A stretch of 64,000 nucleotides of DNA from an uncultured Pseudomonadota bacterium (GTDB taxonomy: Bacteria > Vulcanimicrobiota > Vulcanimicrobiia > Eremiobacterales > Eremiobacteraceae): NCBI GenBank assembly GCA_963736005.1, contig CAVTNB010000001.1:1632001-1696000 (forward strand), in the 5' to 3' direction. The notes under the pieces are model-generated. The model had not been told where the DNA came from, did not search any database, and worked only from the letters and a program-made list of their open reading frames with translations. Position numbers and translations under genes: made by a program. This document shows, one piece after another, positions 48,384 to 58,500 of this stretch (positions are counted from its first letter, which is position 1; every line of letters begins with the position of its first letter).

Positions 48384-49406
48384 TCAGGTGCTCGAGCTTG
48401 GTGCCGGCGATGGCGACGGTGATGCTTGCACAAGCTTCATGACGTAATCGTTGTCCGCCGCCCCATAGGAGATCCACACGTTGTGCGTGGTCGGGTCAAC
48501 GGCAACGGTGTGCGCATGGCGGGGGACCGTCACGTCTCCTAAGGATTCTGCGCCGGTGTCGGTTTCTTGAACGACCGACAGTAGACCGGTTCCGCTCGCA
48601 CAGTAAATCCTTTTGGTTCCCGGATCGAAGTCAATCTGGTCGACGCCCGGGGCGATAGCGACAACCGCGATCACCGATCCTGAAGTCGTATCCATAACCG
48701 CAAGTTTGCCGTTGCCGCCGGCCGTAAACAGGCGGTGCGTCGCGCCGTCGACGGCGAGACCGCGAAGCTGATGTGCGGGCGCGGCGGGCCAGGAGGCAAC
48801 AACGGCATTGGTCTTTGGATCGATCACCGCGACGACGTTTGTCGAGACGACATTTTGATAAATGCGATCCGAAACGGGATCGTAGACGACAAATTCGAGA
48901 TCGCCGCCGATCGTAATATTGGTCAGGATCTTTCTCGTCTGACCGTCAATCACCACCACTTGACCGGTGTCGGCGCGGTCTGCATACAGCGCGTCCGATT
49001 TCGAATCGAAGGCAACTGCGTCGATCGTTCCGCCCATGGGAATTTGATTTTGCTTCACCATGAACTTGCGCTGGATATCGACGACCATTGATGGTCTTCC
49101 GGTTCCGATATAATAGCGGCCATCCTTGACGTCCAGGGCAATGCCGTGCGCCTCACCGACGTCCACCTGTCGTGCCACCGTCTCGGTTGTCAGATCGATG
49201 ATGTCGAGTGTGCGGCTCCCGCTGTGGGAGACGAGCAGACGGCGATATTTGTCGTCTACTTCCATATAGTCGAAGAACCCAGGCACGCGCGGCACCACAA
49301 TGGGGACTTGCGGCGTGAGGCTGGCTGTATCAGCAAGTGACGACACGCAAAACGCCCCTAAGAAGATAGCAATGGCCCATCCGAGCAAGAGAGAGTTTCG
49401 CAGCAT
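48384..49406 (-). CDS. YncE-family beta-propeller secreted protein
   Basis: Signal peptide; FDYM, AHGIA, VAVIDP, AHTVAVDP repeats. Confidence 0.85.
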   Translation of the reverse strand: MLRNSLLLGWAIAIFLGAFCVSSLADTASLTPQVPIVVPRVPGFFDYMEVDDKYRRLLVSHSGSRTLDIIDLTTETVARQVDVGEAHGIALDVKDGRYYIGTGRPSMVVDIQRKFMVKQNQIPMGGTIDAVAFDSKSDALYADRADTGQVVVIDGQTRKILTNITIGGDLEFVVYDPVSDRIYQNVVSTNVVAVIDPKTNAVVASWPAAPAHQLRGLAVDGATHRLFTAGGNGKLAVMDTTSGSVIAVVAIAPGVDQIDFDPGTKRIYCASGTGLLSVVQETDTGAESLGDVTVPRHAHTVAVDPTTHNVWISYGAADNDYVMKLVQASPSPSPAPSSST

Positions 49407-49416
49407 GGTGGCCTTC

Positions 49417-50259
49417 CTAACCAATCTTCGAGGCGACGCCGACACCATCGCCAACCGGGATGATGGTTGCGAGGAACTGGGGATGGGCGAGCAGTTCTTC
49501 ATTGAAGCGCCGAATCGCTTTGATGGCGGGGGCGTCGGCATCGCTCGGCGGCAACGCGGCCCTGTGCCCCCATAAGAGGTTGTCTGCAAGGAGCATCCCT
49601 GATTTTTTCAGGAGCGGCACGCTCAAACGCAGGTAGTCGCAGTATTCTTCCTTGACCGCATCGATAAAAACGACGTCAAAGTGTTCCTTTGGCAGGCTGG
49701 GCAGCACCTCGAGCGCCGGTTGGTTTCGAATGTCGATGCGATCATCTACCCCGGCTTGTTTGAAGTAACGCTGGGCGATGGCGGTACGATCGCGATCGGG
49801 GTCGATCGTGAGGATCTTGCCACCCGGTCGGAGCGCCCGTGCCATCCACACGGTCGAATAGCCGTACGCGGTGCCGATTTCCAAAATGTTTTCAGCCTGC
49901 TTAGCGGCGACCACGACCGACAAGAGCCGACCCGTTTCCCGATCGACGATAGGAACTTTTTCGGCGCGGCCGCTCTGCTCGAGCTCGGCCATCACCGGAT
50001 CGAGGGAGCCATTGATTCGGTCGAGGTAGTCGAGGTCACGCTCGAAGGCCGAGTCCATCCCAGCTTCGTCGGCTGTTGCCGCACGGGTGAGGTCCTCGAC
50101 CAGATCTCCCGCTCTTCGCGCTGATTTCACGATTGATTCAAATGCCGCGCGAGATGCGTGCTTATCGCCATCCCGCCGGGCCTGCAGATCGGCGGTTGCC
50201 AGGATCGCGCCTAAGGCGCTATTGAGGTCGTGGGCATGGGTTCGAACGTCTTGCCTCAT
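49417..50259 (-). CDS. Class I SAM-dependent O-methyltransferase with an N-terminal HisKA-like helical extension
   Basis: ILEIGTAYGYS, FIDA, ADNLLWG, PVGDG; N-terminal AHDLNSALGAIL. Confidence 0.88.
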   Translation of the reverse strand: MRQDVRTHAHDLNSALGAILATADLQARRDGDKHASRAAFESIVKSARRAGDLVEDLTRAATADEAGMDSAFERDLDYLDRINGSLDPVMAELEQSGRAEKVPIVDRETGRLLSVVVAAKQAENILEIGTAYGYSTVWMARALRPGGKILTIDPDRDRTAIAQRYFKQAGVDDRIDIRNQPALEVLPSLPKEHFDVVFIDAVKEEYCDYLRLSVPLLKKSGMLLADNLLWGHRAALPPSDADAPAIKAIRRFNEELLAHPQFLATIIPVGDGVGVASKIG

Positions 50260-50283
50260 CGTGTGTCCATTTCAATGGGCGAT

Positions 50284-52410
50284 CTAAAGGAACGATAGCT
50301 GGTCGCGGTCTTCGCCCGCCGCTGCCCGCGCTTCAGGCGGCACGAGGTCGTCAAAGCGGGCAACGAAATCGGCAACTCGGCGCACCAAGTACTCGCGATC
50401 TTCATCACCAGCATACTCCTCCAGCAAAGCGAGTTCGCCTCCCACACGCTGATAGACGCGGACCTTGTCCCCCACAGTCAGGCCTCGCTCGGTCAGCGCG
50501 CGGGCGAGCCGGCGATTGCCCGGCGCATTAAAGGTTTTCGACGTGATGGATTCCCGCCGCGAGAAGTCTTCCGGCGCGAGCTTGCGGTCGACGATGGCAT
50601 CAACCGTCTCACGCACGAGCTCGGCTATCTCCTGCGTGCGACCTTCAATGAGCAAGTTGGCGATGGCTGCCACAAGCGCCCTGCCGAATGGTTCGTCTCG
50701 GCCGGAGCGCAGAGCCGAGCCGCGCATGACCAGCTCACCCGAACTGCGTTTGAGCACGTAGTTTTTGGCCTTGATCGAAAGCATCACCGGGTAGCGCTCT
50801 TCCGCGACGAGTCGCAGCTCGTCGCCCAACCCTTGGGCGAGCGACGCGACGACTGCTTCGGAATTGTGAGTCGGCGCAACGAAATACGCGCCGTCGGTGT
50901 CGGCTTCGATGACCGTGCACCCGCGCTCGCGCAATCCGTCGACAATCTTGCCCATCACCTCACGCCCGGCTTCTGTCACCCTTCCGCCAGCAACCGGATC
51001 GTTGAAATGCAAACCGTGCGTGCCTAAAAATCCAAAGAAAGAATTAACGAGAATCTTAAAAGCGTTTTGCAATCCCTCGGCGGAGAGTTTATCCTCGTAT
51101 CGGCCTTGTCGACTCGCCTCTTCTGACTCTCGCTTCGCGGTAAGCCGCATCTCCCGCAGGCCTGCCAGCATGGGCAAGAACACGCCGAGGTCATCATCCC
51201 ATGGTGCGATGCCTCGAGCGAGCATGAGCGACGGATACAGGCTTTCGACGTCGCATTTCATGACGTCGTGAAAGATCCCGGTGAGAAAAGCGGCACTGAA
51301 CGCGCCTTCGATGGGCGCCGTTGGGCGCGGTCGCGGAATCGACCAGCGCTCGCGCAGATACGCGCGCACCATGAGGCGTTCGATACGGCTCCCGATGCCC
51401 ACACTGGCCACACCCTGCAGCGTTTCGGGCACCATCTGCGCCTGATAGAATTCGTTCGGCGTTACGAGGATGGAGAGTCGGTCTGTATCGCGCGCATCGT
51501 CGAGGCAGTATGCTTTCAGCTTGGCTCGCATGTCCGGGTTCGACCACAGCGCGCGCATGTTAGCGGCGTCGACCATCGTCCGCTCCTCATCCCCGATGCC
51601 CAGGTGGCGTACGATGTGTTTGAGTTTGTAGTTGGGCAGCTTTCGCCCGACATCCCAACGCACTGCGCTGATGAACGTGTCGACGACTTGACGACCTTCG
51701 ATGCGGTAGTATTTGACGAGCATGCCGCTTTGCGTCGTGCGGCGAATGCTGTCGTCTAGCCACATCGGCGTGCGCCCATCTCGACCGAGCGTGAGCTCAA
51801 CACCATGCCGCTTCGCGCGACTTGTCAGATACCAAAGATCAAAATTGAAGACGTTGTGGCCTTCCAAAATGTCGGGGTCGCGTTCGCGGACCGAGTGTAC
51901 GAACGCCTCGATGAGAGCTCCTTCTCCAGGAAAATCATCCAACGGGAGCACCTGCTCGAAACCCGTGTTATCGCGCAACGCGATAATAACGATGGCTGCG
52001 TCGTCGCGTTCCGGGTTGACGTCAAGGGTTTCGATGTCGAACTGCAAGCGGCGCAGTTGCGAGAAGCGCAGGCCTTTGAAGAACGTGTCACCCGTGGCCA
52101 CCAAGTGAGAGGTGATGGGGTCGAAGTAGGCGAGCCGCTGATCCGGCGCGAGTATGCGCGCTCGATCGCTGATTGCGCGCGCGTCTGCGCCGAGCATAAA
52201 ATGGCGCAACTCGTGCTGTCCGGCAAGTTCGATGCTGCCCGGTTGCGGTTTGCGGGCCAGCAGCCAGTTTTGCAGCGGCACGATCTCGCGCTCGGTTCGC
52301 GCGCCAACGCGCCGATACAGCGTGGCCGCACCAGCAGAGACATCCGGCTCCACGCTCACGATGCCGGTGCGGAATCCATGACCGAAAATGAGCTCGGAGG
52401 TCTGGGGCAC
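50284..52410 (-). CDS. Family B DNA polymerase with 3'-5' exonuclease
   Basis: ExoI FDIET, ExoII GHNVFNFD, ExoIII YCLDD; DVESLYPS, KILVNSFFG, ADTDG, KNY. Confidence 0.9.
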   Translation of the reverse strand: MPQTSELIFGHGFRTGIVSVEPDVSAGAATLYRRVGARTEREIVPLQNWLLARKPQPGSIELAGQHELRHFMLGADARAISDRARILAPDQRLAYFDPITSHLVATGDTFFKGLRFSQLRRLQFDIETLDVNPERDDAAIVIIALRDNTGFEQVLPLDDFPGEGALIEAFVHSVRERDPDILEGHNVFNFDLWYLTSRAKRHGVELTLGRDGRTPMWLDDSIRRTTQSGMLVKYYRIEGRQVVDTFISAVRWDVGRKLPNYKLKHIVRHLGIGDEERTMVDAANMRALWSNPDMRAKLKAYCLDDARDTDRLSILVTPNEFYQAQMVPETLQGVASVGIGSRIERLMVRAYLRERWSIPRPRPTAPIEGAFSAAFLTGIFHDVMKCDVESLYPSLMLARGIAPWDDDLGVFLPMLAGLREMRLTAKRESEEASRQGRYEDKLSAEGLQNAFKILVNSFFGFLGTHGLHFNDPVAGGRVTEAGREVMGKIVDGLRERGCTVIEADTDGAYFVAPTHNSEAVVASLAQGLGDELRLVAEERYPVMLSIKAKNYVLKRSSGELVMRGSALRSGRDEPFGRALVAAIANLLIEGRTQEIAELVRETVDAIVDRKLAPEDFSRRESITSKTFNAPGNRRLARALTERGLTVGDKVRVYQRVGGELALLEEYAGDEDREYLVRRVADFVARFDDLVPPEARAAAGEDRDQLSFL

Positions 52411-52413
52411 GCG

Positions 52414-53568
52414 CTAATAATACCGGGTGGGTGTGGGTGTTGGCGTGGGCGGAGCTGGCGGCGAGGCGACGGGCTGGTCGCTGCTTTGGGGTATTGGAAT
52501 CGGCGGCAGGCTCACTTCGGGCAACGTGCTGGGATAGGGCGTAATGGGCGCCATCGCGGGCGGGATAAACTCAGTATTTGTAGCGACCGGACGGGCAACT
52601 TGATCGGGCACTGCAGTCGAGTACACAGCCGTGTCCGATGGGGCCGTGTTCCCAAGATAAGCTGACGCGGGAAGAAAACCTGGCGAACCCGAGTAGACTG
52701 GGATACCGGGAATATAGCGGACCAGTTTGATTGTTGTGCTCACATTGAGGTTGTAGCTCCCGGTGCGGTCCTTCACTTTCGCGTTGCCGTGGCTAAAGGC
52801 GTTGAGGGTCATGCCGAGCAGCAACTTGTTCGCAGACTCGACAAACGTTTGGCCGGTCGCGCCGCCACCACCGCGCAATGTGGCAAGACCAAACCCCTTA
52901 ACCTTGATTTTTGCGCGCAAATCTGAGCCTCCAGTTGATGAGATTTGCACGACGCTGCCTTGATCGCCCGTTGGCTGGTTCACGATATTTTGCATGTGCA
53001 GGGTGAGGGTTCCATATCGCAGCGAGACCACACCCGTGCTCGTCCACCACTTGCCGATATCCGGCAAATCGGCAGAGAGGCTGGAGAGCAAGAACGACGC
53101 CGACGCCAGATCGGCAAGAGCCCCTGTCGGCGGCCCAGCGCCTTGCGCGTCGAGCATGGGACTCGGCTGCGGAGATGCCGACGCAGAGGGAGTTGGCGAG
53201 GGCGAAACGGTTGCTGCTGGACTCGCCGACGCGGTGGAGACGGGCGCGGCAGTCGCGACGCCAAGAATCGGTCCACCCGCAGAGCCAATGCCTTCAACCG
53301 TCCAAGCCACGCTGCTGCTCGAGTTCTCCCTAAACGTCTGCGAGGTGGGCGCTGCGTTCCCATCGCGATAGCGAACCGTCAGGGTCGAGGTGCGCGTAAT
53401 AACATAGACTTGCTCCTCGCCGATGCCAAAGGCGTGGCCTGCAACGGAATAATATGCCTTCGCGGGAGTGGTTTGGCTGTTTGGATCGGCTATGCTCGCG
53501 GCAACGACGGCAAAAACGGTCGCCACGACCAGCACAGCGGGCAATCTCATTTTGGGGTTTACCATCAC
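52414..53568 (-). CDS. Secreted hypothetical protein, P/S/T-rich
   Basis: Signal peptide; similar to the adjacent gene. Confidence 0.7.
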   Translation of the reverse strand: MMVNPKMRLPAVLVVATVFAVVAASIADPNSQTTPAKAYYSVAGHAFGIGEEQVYVITRTSTLTVRYRDGNAAPTSQTFRENSSSSVAWTVEGIGSAGGPILGVATAAPVSTASASPAATVSPSPTPSASASPQPSPMLDAQGAGPPTGALADLASASFLLSSLSADLPDIGKWWTSTGVVSLRYGTLTLHMQNIVNQPTGDQGSVVQISSTGGSDLRAKIKVKGFGLATLRGGGGATGQTFVESANKLLLGMTLNAFSHGNAKVKDRTGSYNLNVSTTIKLVRYIPGIPVYSGSPGFLPASAYLGNTAPSDTAVYSTAVPDQVARPVATNTEFIPPAMAPITPYPSTLPEVSLPPIPIPQSSDQPVASPPAPPTPTPTPTRYY

Positions 53569-54545
53569 GGGCCAGACCTTGGAGTGACCGTCGGATACGG
53601 CGTTTGCGCGTTCAACAATGGCGTTGGAGTTGGAGCGGCGCTCGTCTCCAAAGGTTGCGGAGAGACCTGCGTACCCTCAAGTTCCTGGTTTTGCGCTGGC
53701 GTAGGTGATGCGTGGGTCCATCCGTTGAGCACGACATTGAATTCGGCCGAATAGTCGTCGTGAGACGACCCGCTGGCCGATTGCTGCACGACGGTCAGCG
53801 TGCGCAACGCTTCGCCGATCAGCAGTCGGTCTTGGCTATCGTAATACGTGGTGCCGCTCACGGTGATTGTGCCGGACGTCGGCTGCCCATCTGCCGTCTT
53901 GAGCAGCGTTCCCGTCCCCGCGGACTGCAGCGCGTATGCGGTGAAACCTTGGTAGTTCGTTCTTCCCACAATTCTGCGCGTCACGGTCAAGACAAGGAAC
54001 GGTGTCTTGGATGCATTGGTCCAGGTCTTGCCAACGGCAAGGAGCCCATTTAGCGCGACCTCCCCGGCTGTGGTGTTTGCGGCTCCGATCGCATCAGAAA
54101 TGCCAAGCCCAACCTGCGCTTTGGTTCTCAGTTGCCCGTCCGGCAAAATTTTGCCCGACGTCACGGATTGGAACTCAACCGGTTGCCCTTGGTTCAGTCC
54201 TTTGAAATCGAAAGCGACGGTTGCGTAGGCTGTTCCATCCGCACCGATCGAGTAGACAGTAAAGGTTGCAGTCCCTTGTGCAGACGATTCGGCCACTTTG
54301 TCCTGGCTCTTTGAACCGCCGCGCACATGGTGCTGCTGCAACTCGGAGGTGATGGCATAGACAAGCTGGTCGCCGGCAACGAATGGAGACGTCGCCGCTC
54401 TGGCACTCGAGTGAGACGCCGCTGCAAACGCAAGCATCACACCCAAGACTATCGTCGTAGTTGCCGCAAGAAGTCGCACCTTTGGCCCTCCAGCGCCTGA
54501 CGATATTCGCAGCAGGAACGTGGGCAGGTTTGACGACGAACGCAC
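53565..54545 (-). CDS. Secreted hypothetical protein (probable paralogue of 52414-53568)
   Basis: Signal-like segment; shared patterns GDQLVYAIT/GEEQVYVIT, GKTWT/GKWWT and RLLIG/KLLLG. Confidence 0.65.
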   Translation of the reverse strand: MRSSSNLPTFLLRISSGAGGPKVRLLAATTTIVLGVMLAFAAASHSSARAATSPFVAGDQLVYAITSELQQHHVRGGSKSQDKVAESSAQGTATFTVYSIGADGTAYATVAFDFKGLNQGQPVEFQSVTSGKILPDGQLRTKAQVGLGISDAIGAANTTAGEVALNGLLAVGKTWTNASKTPFLVLTVTRRIVGRTNYQGFTAYALQSAGTGTLLKTADGQPTSGTITVSGTTYYDSQDRLLIGEALRTLTVVQQSASGSSHDDYSAEFNVVLNGWTHASPTPAQNQELEGTQVSPQPLETSAAPTPTPLLNAQTPYPTVTPRSGP

Positions 54546-54563
54546 ATAAACCCCTTTGCAACA

Positions 54564-55160
54564 GTGATTAGGCGGTTGGCTCTCTTCATAGTTTTTGTCT
54601 GCTTCTTCACGCGGATGAGCGCGCTCGGCGATGGCTCCGATGGCTACGATTCAAATCTTGCGCGAGCTGTGCGCAGCGCCACAGAGCAGTACCGCCTCGT
54701 CCTTTGGGCGACACACGACGGGTACATTCAGACGACGGAGTACATCCCATCGTTTGGCACGATGTACACGAATCACGATCGGTTCGACCCTGACACGCTG
54801 GCTAATCCAACGGTTTTGATTTACGACATCGCGGGAAGACTCGTGGCGTGTGGCTACCAATTTGTCAACAAGTCCGACATCCCTGACGTCTTGAAAACTC
54901 CAGACGTCACTGGCTGGTACCAGATCCCCAGGCACGTGCACTATAACATTGTCGTTGACGGCGTGACCTACTTCGTGCAGCAACCCTGGGATGGCGACGA
55001 GCAGCCGACTGCCGCGCTCTTGATCCAGCGCAAGCTCATGCCGCCAAACGCAACGTTGAACTTCGCCTTCGTCCACCCGTCCGCGACAGCTATCGTCATC
55101 TGGGCGTGGATGCCCAATCCTTACGGGCTTTTCGATTCAGCCAATCCGTCGCTCCCATGA
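54564..55160 (+). CDS. Secreted hypothetical protein
   Basis: Signal peptide; PTVLIYD..GRLVAC, HVHY, WAWMPNPYGLF..NP. Confidence 0.7.
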   Translation: MIRRLALFIVFVCFFTRMSALGDGSDGYDSNLARAVRSATEQYRLVLWATHDGYIQTTEYIPSFGTMYTNHDRFDPDTLANPTVLIYDIAGRLVACGYQFVNKSDIPDVLKTPDVTGWYQIPRHVHYNIVVDGVTYFVQQPWDGDEQPTAALLIQRKLMPPNATLNFAFVHPSATAIVIWAWMPNPYGLFDSANPSLP

Positions 55161-55173
55161 TGCGTGTTCCCAC

Positions 55174-56904
55174 GTGACCAGCGCTCAGATAGCCCAACGG
55201 CTCAATGAAATCGCCGCGCTCATGGAGTTTTACGGCGAGCCGTTTTTCAAGATCAAAGCGTACGAGCGGGCGGCGCGAAGCCTTGAAGACAGTCAGACGC
55301 CAGTTGAAGTGCTGCTCGAGAGCGGCGAGCTCGAAGGCCTGCCCGGCATCGGCAAAGCCATTTCGCAAAAAATCGCAGACATTAATCGTACCGGCACGTG
55401 CAAATATCTCGAGGAACTGCGCGCGAAATTTCCGCCCACGATCTTGGAGCTCTTAAGCGTCCCCGGCATCGGCGCGAAAACTGCAGTCTCGCTCTACCGG
55501 GAGCTTTCGGTGGGCGGTCTTTTGGATTTGCGTCGAGTCATCGACGATGGCAGCATCGCACGAGTGCCGCGCCTAGGTCCAAAAACAATTGAGAACATTA
55601 AGAGTCAACTGGCGCGCGTGGGGACCCAGACGAGACGTTTGCGCCTGGGCGATGCCTGGCCGCTGGCCCGCGAGATTGTGGATGCTCTCGCTGCGCTGCC
55701 CTTTGCTCGCAACGTGGTGGCTGCGGGCAGTCTGCGGCGCATGGAGCGCAGCGTTTCGGACTTAGATATCATCTGCACGAGCGCCCAGCCTGAATCGGTG
55801 ATCGAGGCGTTCGTGGCGCTGCCCATCGTCGAACGAGTGAGCTCACAAGGCACGACCAAGGCGACGATTTGGGCCGAACCCGGGATCTCTGTCGACCTCC
55901 GAGTGGTCGCTCACGAATGTTTCGGCAACCTCCTGCAGCACTTTACTGGAAATAAAGAACACAATGTCCGGCTGCGGGAGCACGCTCTCCGCAAAGGTTT
56001 GAAAGTCAACGAGTATGGCATCGAAGACAAGGCGGGGAAGGTCGCCACGTTCGTCGACGAGGCGGACGTCTACACGATGCTTGGTTTGCAATTCATTCCG
56101 CCCGAGTTGCGATTAGGTCTGGACGAAATCGAACTTGCCAAACGCAACGCCCTCCCGGTGATTGTTGAACTTGGTGACATCCGTGGAGACCTTCACGATC
56201 ACACCAACTGGAGCGATGGTGTGTGCACGATCGAACAGATGGCCAGAGCGGCAGCGCAGCGCAAACGGGAATACCTCTCGATTTCCGATCATTCACCGGG
56301 GCGAGCGGTCGCGAATGGTCTTTCGGTCGAGCGCTTGCAGGAACAAATCGGGCAGGTCAAATCAGTCGCCGACAGATTTGGGGTCCATTTGTTCTCAAGT
56401 TCGGAAGTGGACATTCGGGCCGATGGCTCATTAGACTTGGCCGATGACGTGCTCGCTCAACTTGACATTGTGGTCGCTTCGATCCACTCCTCGTTTCGCG
56501 CTCCGAAAGAGCAGCAAACCAAACGACTCCTGGGCGCCATTGAAAACCCTCACGTGAATATCATCGGTCACCCAACTGGCACGCTGATCGAGGAGCGAGC
56601 GGGATACGAATTTGACGTGGATGCCGTGTTTCGCGCGGCTGCACGTACGGGCACCGCGCTTGAAATCAATTCGAACCCAGCGCGGCTGGATCTGAACGCA
56701 GATCTGGCGCGCAAGGCAAAGGAGATGGGCTGCATCTTCTCGGTCGACACTGACGCGCACTACGTCGAAGATATGGATAATATGCTCTTCGGAGTTGCAA
56801 CCGCGCGTAAGGCCGGCATTACCAAGGAACGAGTGCTCAATGCGCAACCACTTCAGGACGTCTTAGCGTTCGTTCGAAAGAAGCGTTCCGCAACGCGCGA
56901 ATAA
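55174..56904 (+). CDS. polX: DNA polymerase X / PHP exonuclease
   Basis: HhH GIG motifs, AGSLRR..SDLD, VDLR, HFTG, IPPELR; PHP motifs DLHDHT..SDG, HPTG, TDAH. Confidence 0.93.
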   Translation: MTSAQIAQRLNEIAALMEFYGEPFFKIKAYERAARSLEDSQTPVEVLLESGELEGLPGIGKAISQKIADINRTGTCKYLEELRAKFPPTILELLSVPGIGAKTAVSLYRELSVGGLLDLRRVIDDGSIARVPRLGPKTIENIKSQLARVGTQTRRLRLGDAWPLAREIVDALAALPFARNVVAAGSLRRMERSVSDLDIICTSAQPESVIEAFVALPIVERVSSQGTTKATIWAEPGISVDLRVVAHECFGNLLQHFTGNKEHNVRLREHALRKGLKVNEYGIEDKAGKVATFVDEADVYTMLGLQFIPPELRLGLDEIELAKRNALPVIVELGDIRGDLHDHTNWSDGVCTIEQMARAAAQRKREYLSISDHSPGRAVANGLSVERLQEQIGQVKSVADRFGVHLFSSSEVDIRADGSLDLADDVLAQLDIVVASIHSSFRAPKEQQTKRLLGAIENPHVNIIGHPTGTLIEERAGYEFDVDAVFRAAARTGTALEINSNPARLDLNADLARKAKEMGCIFSVDTDAHYVEDMDNMLFGVATARKAGITKERVLNAQPLQDVLAFVRKKRSATRE

Positions 56905-56919
56905 ATTCGCGCGACTACA
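56894..56919 (-). repeat. REP-like hairpin overlapping the polX stop
   Basis: CGCGCGAATAAATTCGCGCGACTACA. Confidence 0.8.
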
Positions 56920-56924
56920 TCAAC

Positions 56925-57725
56925 CTACAAGCCCAAGCGCTCGAGCAGCTGTGCCGGGGCGGCAAAGCCTGGTGGGCGATACGCGGCTTCAAGATAGCCG
57001 TGATAATCGCTGCCCCCACAATAGAACTTGCCATGTTTCATGGCCAAGGCACGCAGCGATGCTTGCTCCGCCTCGCCATACGCCAAATAGATTGCTTCAA
57101 GACCATCGCAATCGGCCAGAAGGGTTTCGGCAAGCCCAGCCTCATGTAGGGCCATCGGATGGGCAAGCAGCGCCAGCCCCCCACAGTTGCGGATCATCGA
57201 CGCCGCCTTTTCTGGCGTTGGCAGTTGAGTGTATGCCTGCTGCGGCAGCTCAGAAAAGAACGCGCGAAAGCGCGCATGAACTCGAAGTGGATCGCCGCCA
57301 TCAACACCCCGTCGAACCAATCGTTCGATCAGGACCGGCAAACGCACCGGGTGGTGCGGGAAATCGCGCGCAAGGTCTATGTCGACGCCGTCACGAGCCA
57401 GCGCCGCGATCCAGCGGCATTGATTGGCGTCCCAAACGTTGTGTGCAATTTCGTTTGCCGCTTGCAGTTCGTCATTGCTGCCATCGCATCCGAGGCCAAG
57501 AACGTGGATAACTCGCCCATGAGCATACGTCGTCATTTCGATGCCTGGCACAAATTTCAGCGCACGTTCCATTGCGCGCTGCCGTGCAGCGCCATGGCCT
57601 GCCGTCGTGTCGTGGTCCGTCAGCGCGAACACTTCCACGCCCGCATCCGCGACGCAGTCCACAAGCAATGCCGGATCGAGACGGCCATCGCTGCAGTGGC
57701 TGTGAAGGTGGAAGTCAGCGAACAA
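56925..57725 (-). CDS. PHP domain phosphoesterase
   Basis: DFHLHSHCSDG, TDHD, GIE, LAHP, GGSDYHG. Confidence 0.9.
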   Translation of the reverse strand: MFADFHLHSHCSDGRLDPALLVDCVADAGVEVFALTDHDTTAGHGAARQRAMERALKFVPGIEMTTYAHGRVIHVLGLGCDGSNDELQAANEIAHNVWDANQCRWIAALARDGVDIDLARDFPHHPVRLPVLIERLVRRGVDGGDPLRVHARFRAFFSELPQQAYTQLPTPEKAASMIRNCGGLALLAHPMALHEAGLAETLLADCDGLEAIYLAYGEAEQASLRALAMKHGKFYCGGSDYHGYLEAAYRPPGFAAPAQLLERLGL

Positions 57726-57736
57726 ATGCGCCGGCG

Positions 57737-58477
57737 CTAATTACCGAAGCGGCGATGGCGACGCTGAAACTCGATGATGGCTTCCGCGAAATGAGCGCGT
57801 GTGAACTCTGGCCAGTAGACATCGGTGACCCATAACTCGGTGTAGGCGACTTGATAGAGCAGGAAATTTGACAACCGGTATTCGCCGCCTGGCCGTATGA
57901 GCAAATCCGGATCGGGAAGGCCCGCAGTGTAGAGGTAGGAACCAAGGGTCGCATCGTCGATCTGATCGACGCTCAAGACGCCCGAGCGCACGTCGTTGGC
58001 GAGCGTTTTTATCGCGTCTTTGAGTTCGGTTCGGGCGCTGTAGTTCACCGCGAGATTGAGGAGGGTGCCAGTGTTGCCTGCCGTTCCGCGGACAAGGTGT
58101 TCGAGCGCTTGGCGAGGCGCATGCGGCAGCGCCTCGATCCTCCCGAGCACTTGCACCCGGACATTTTGGCGGCGCAGTCCATCGAGCTCGTTGCGCGCAA
58201 ACGCACAACATAATTCGAAGAGCAGGGAAATCTCGCTTGGTTCCCGTTTCCAGTTCTCTTCTGAAAACCCGTAGACGGTGAGAATGGGCACGCCGAAATC
58301 GCGACAGGCCGTGGTGGTTTCGCGCAATGTCGTCATGCCGCGACGATAGCCCTCAATGATTGGCAGGTGGCGTTCGCGTGCCCAGCGTCTGTTGCCATCC
58401 ATGATGACGGCGACATGCCTGGGGATTGGCCCAGCCGGATCGGGAAGTGGTTGACGCTGGGCATCTCGTAAAACCAT
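57737..58477 (-). CDS. uppS: cis-prenyl (undecaprenyl) diphosphate synthase
   Basis: HVAVIMDGNRRWA, FSEENWKR, DLLIR..GEYRLSNFLLYQ. Confidence 0.92.
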   Translation of the reverse strand: MVLRDAQRQPLPDPAGPIPRHVAVIMDGNRRWARERHLPIIEGYRRGMTTLRETTTACRDFGVPILTVYGFSEENWKREPSEISLLFELCCAFARNELDGLRRQNVRVQVLGRIEALPHAPRQALEHLVRGTAGNTGTLLNLAVNYSARTELKDAIKTLANDVRSGVLSVDQIDDATLGSYLYTAGLPDPDLLIRPGGEYRLSNFLLYQVAYTELWVTDVYWPEFTRAHFAEAIIEFQRRHRRFGN

Positions 58478-58500
58478 TGTTTTGCTATTGACCTTTCGTG

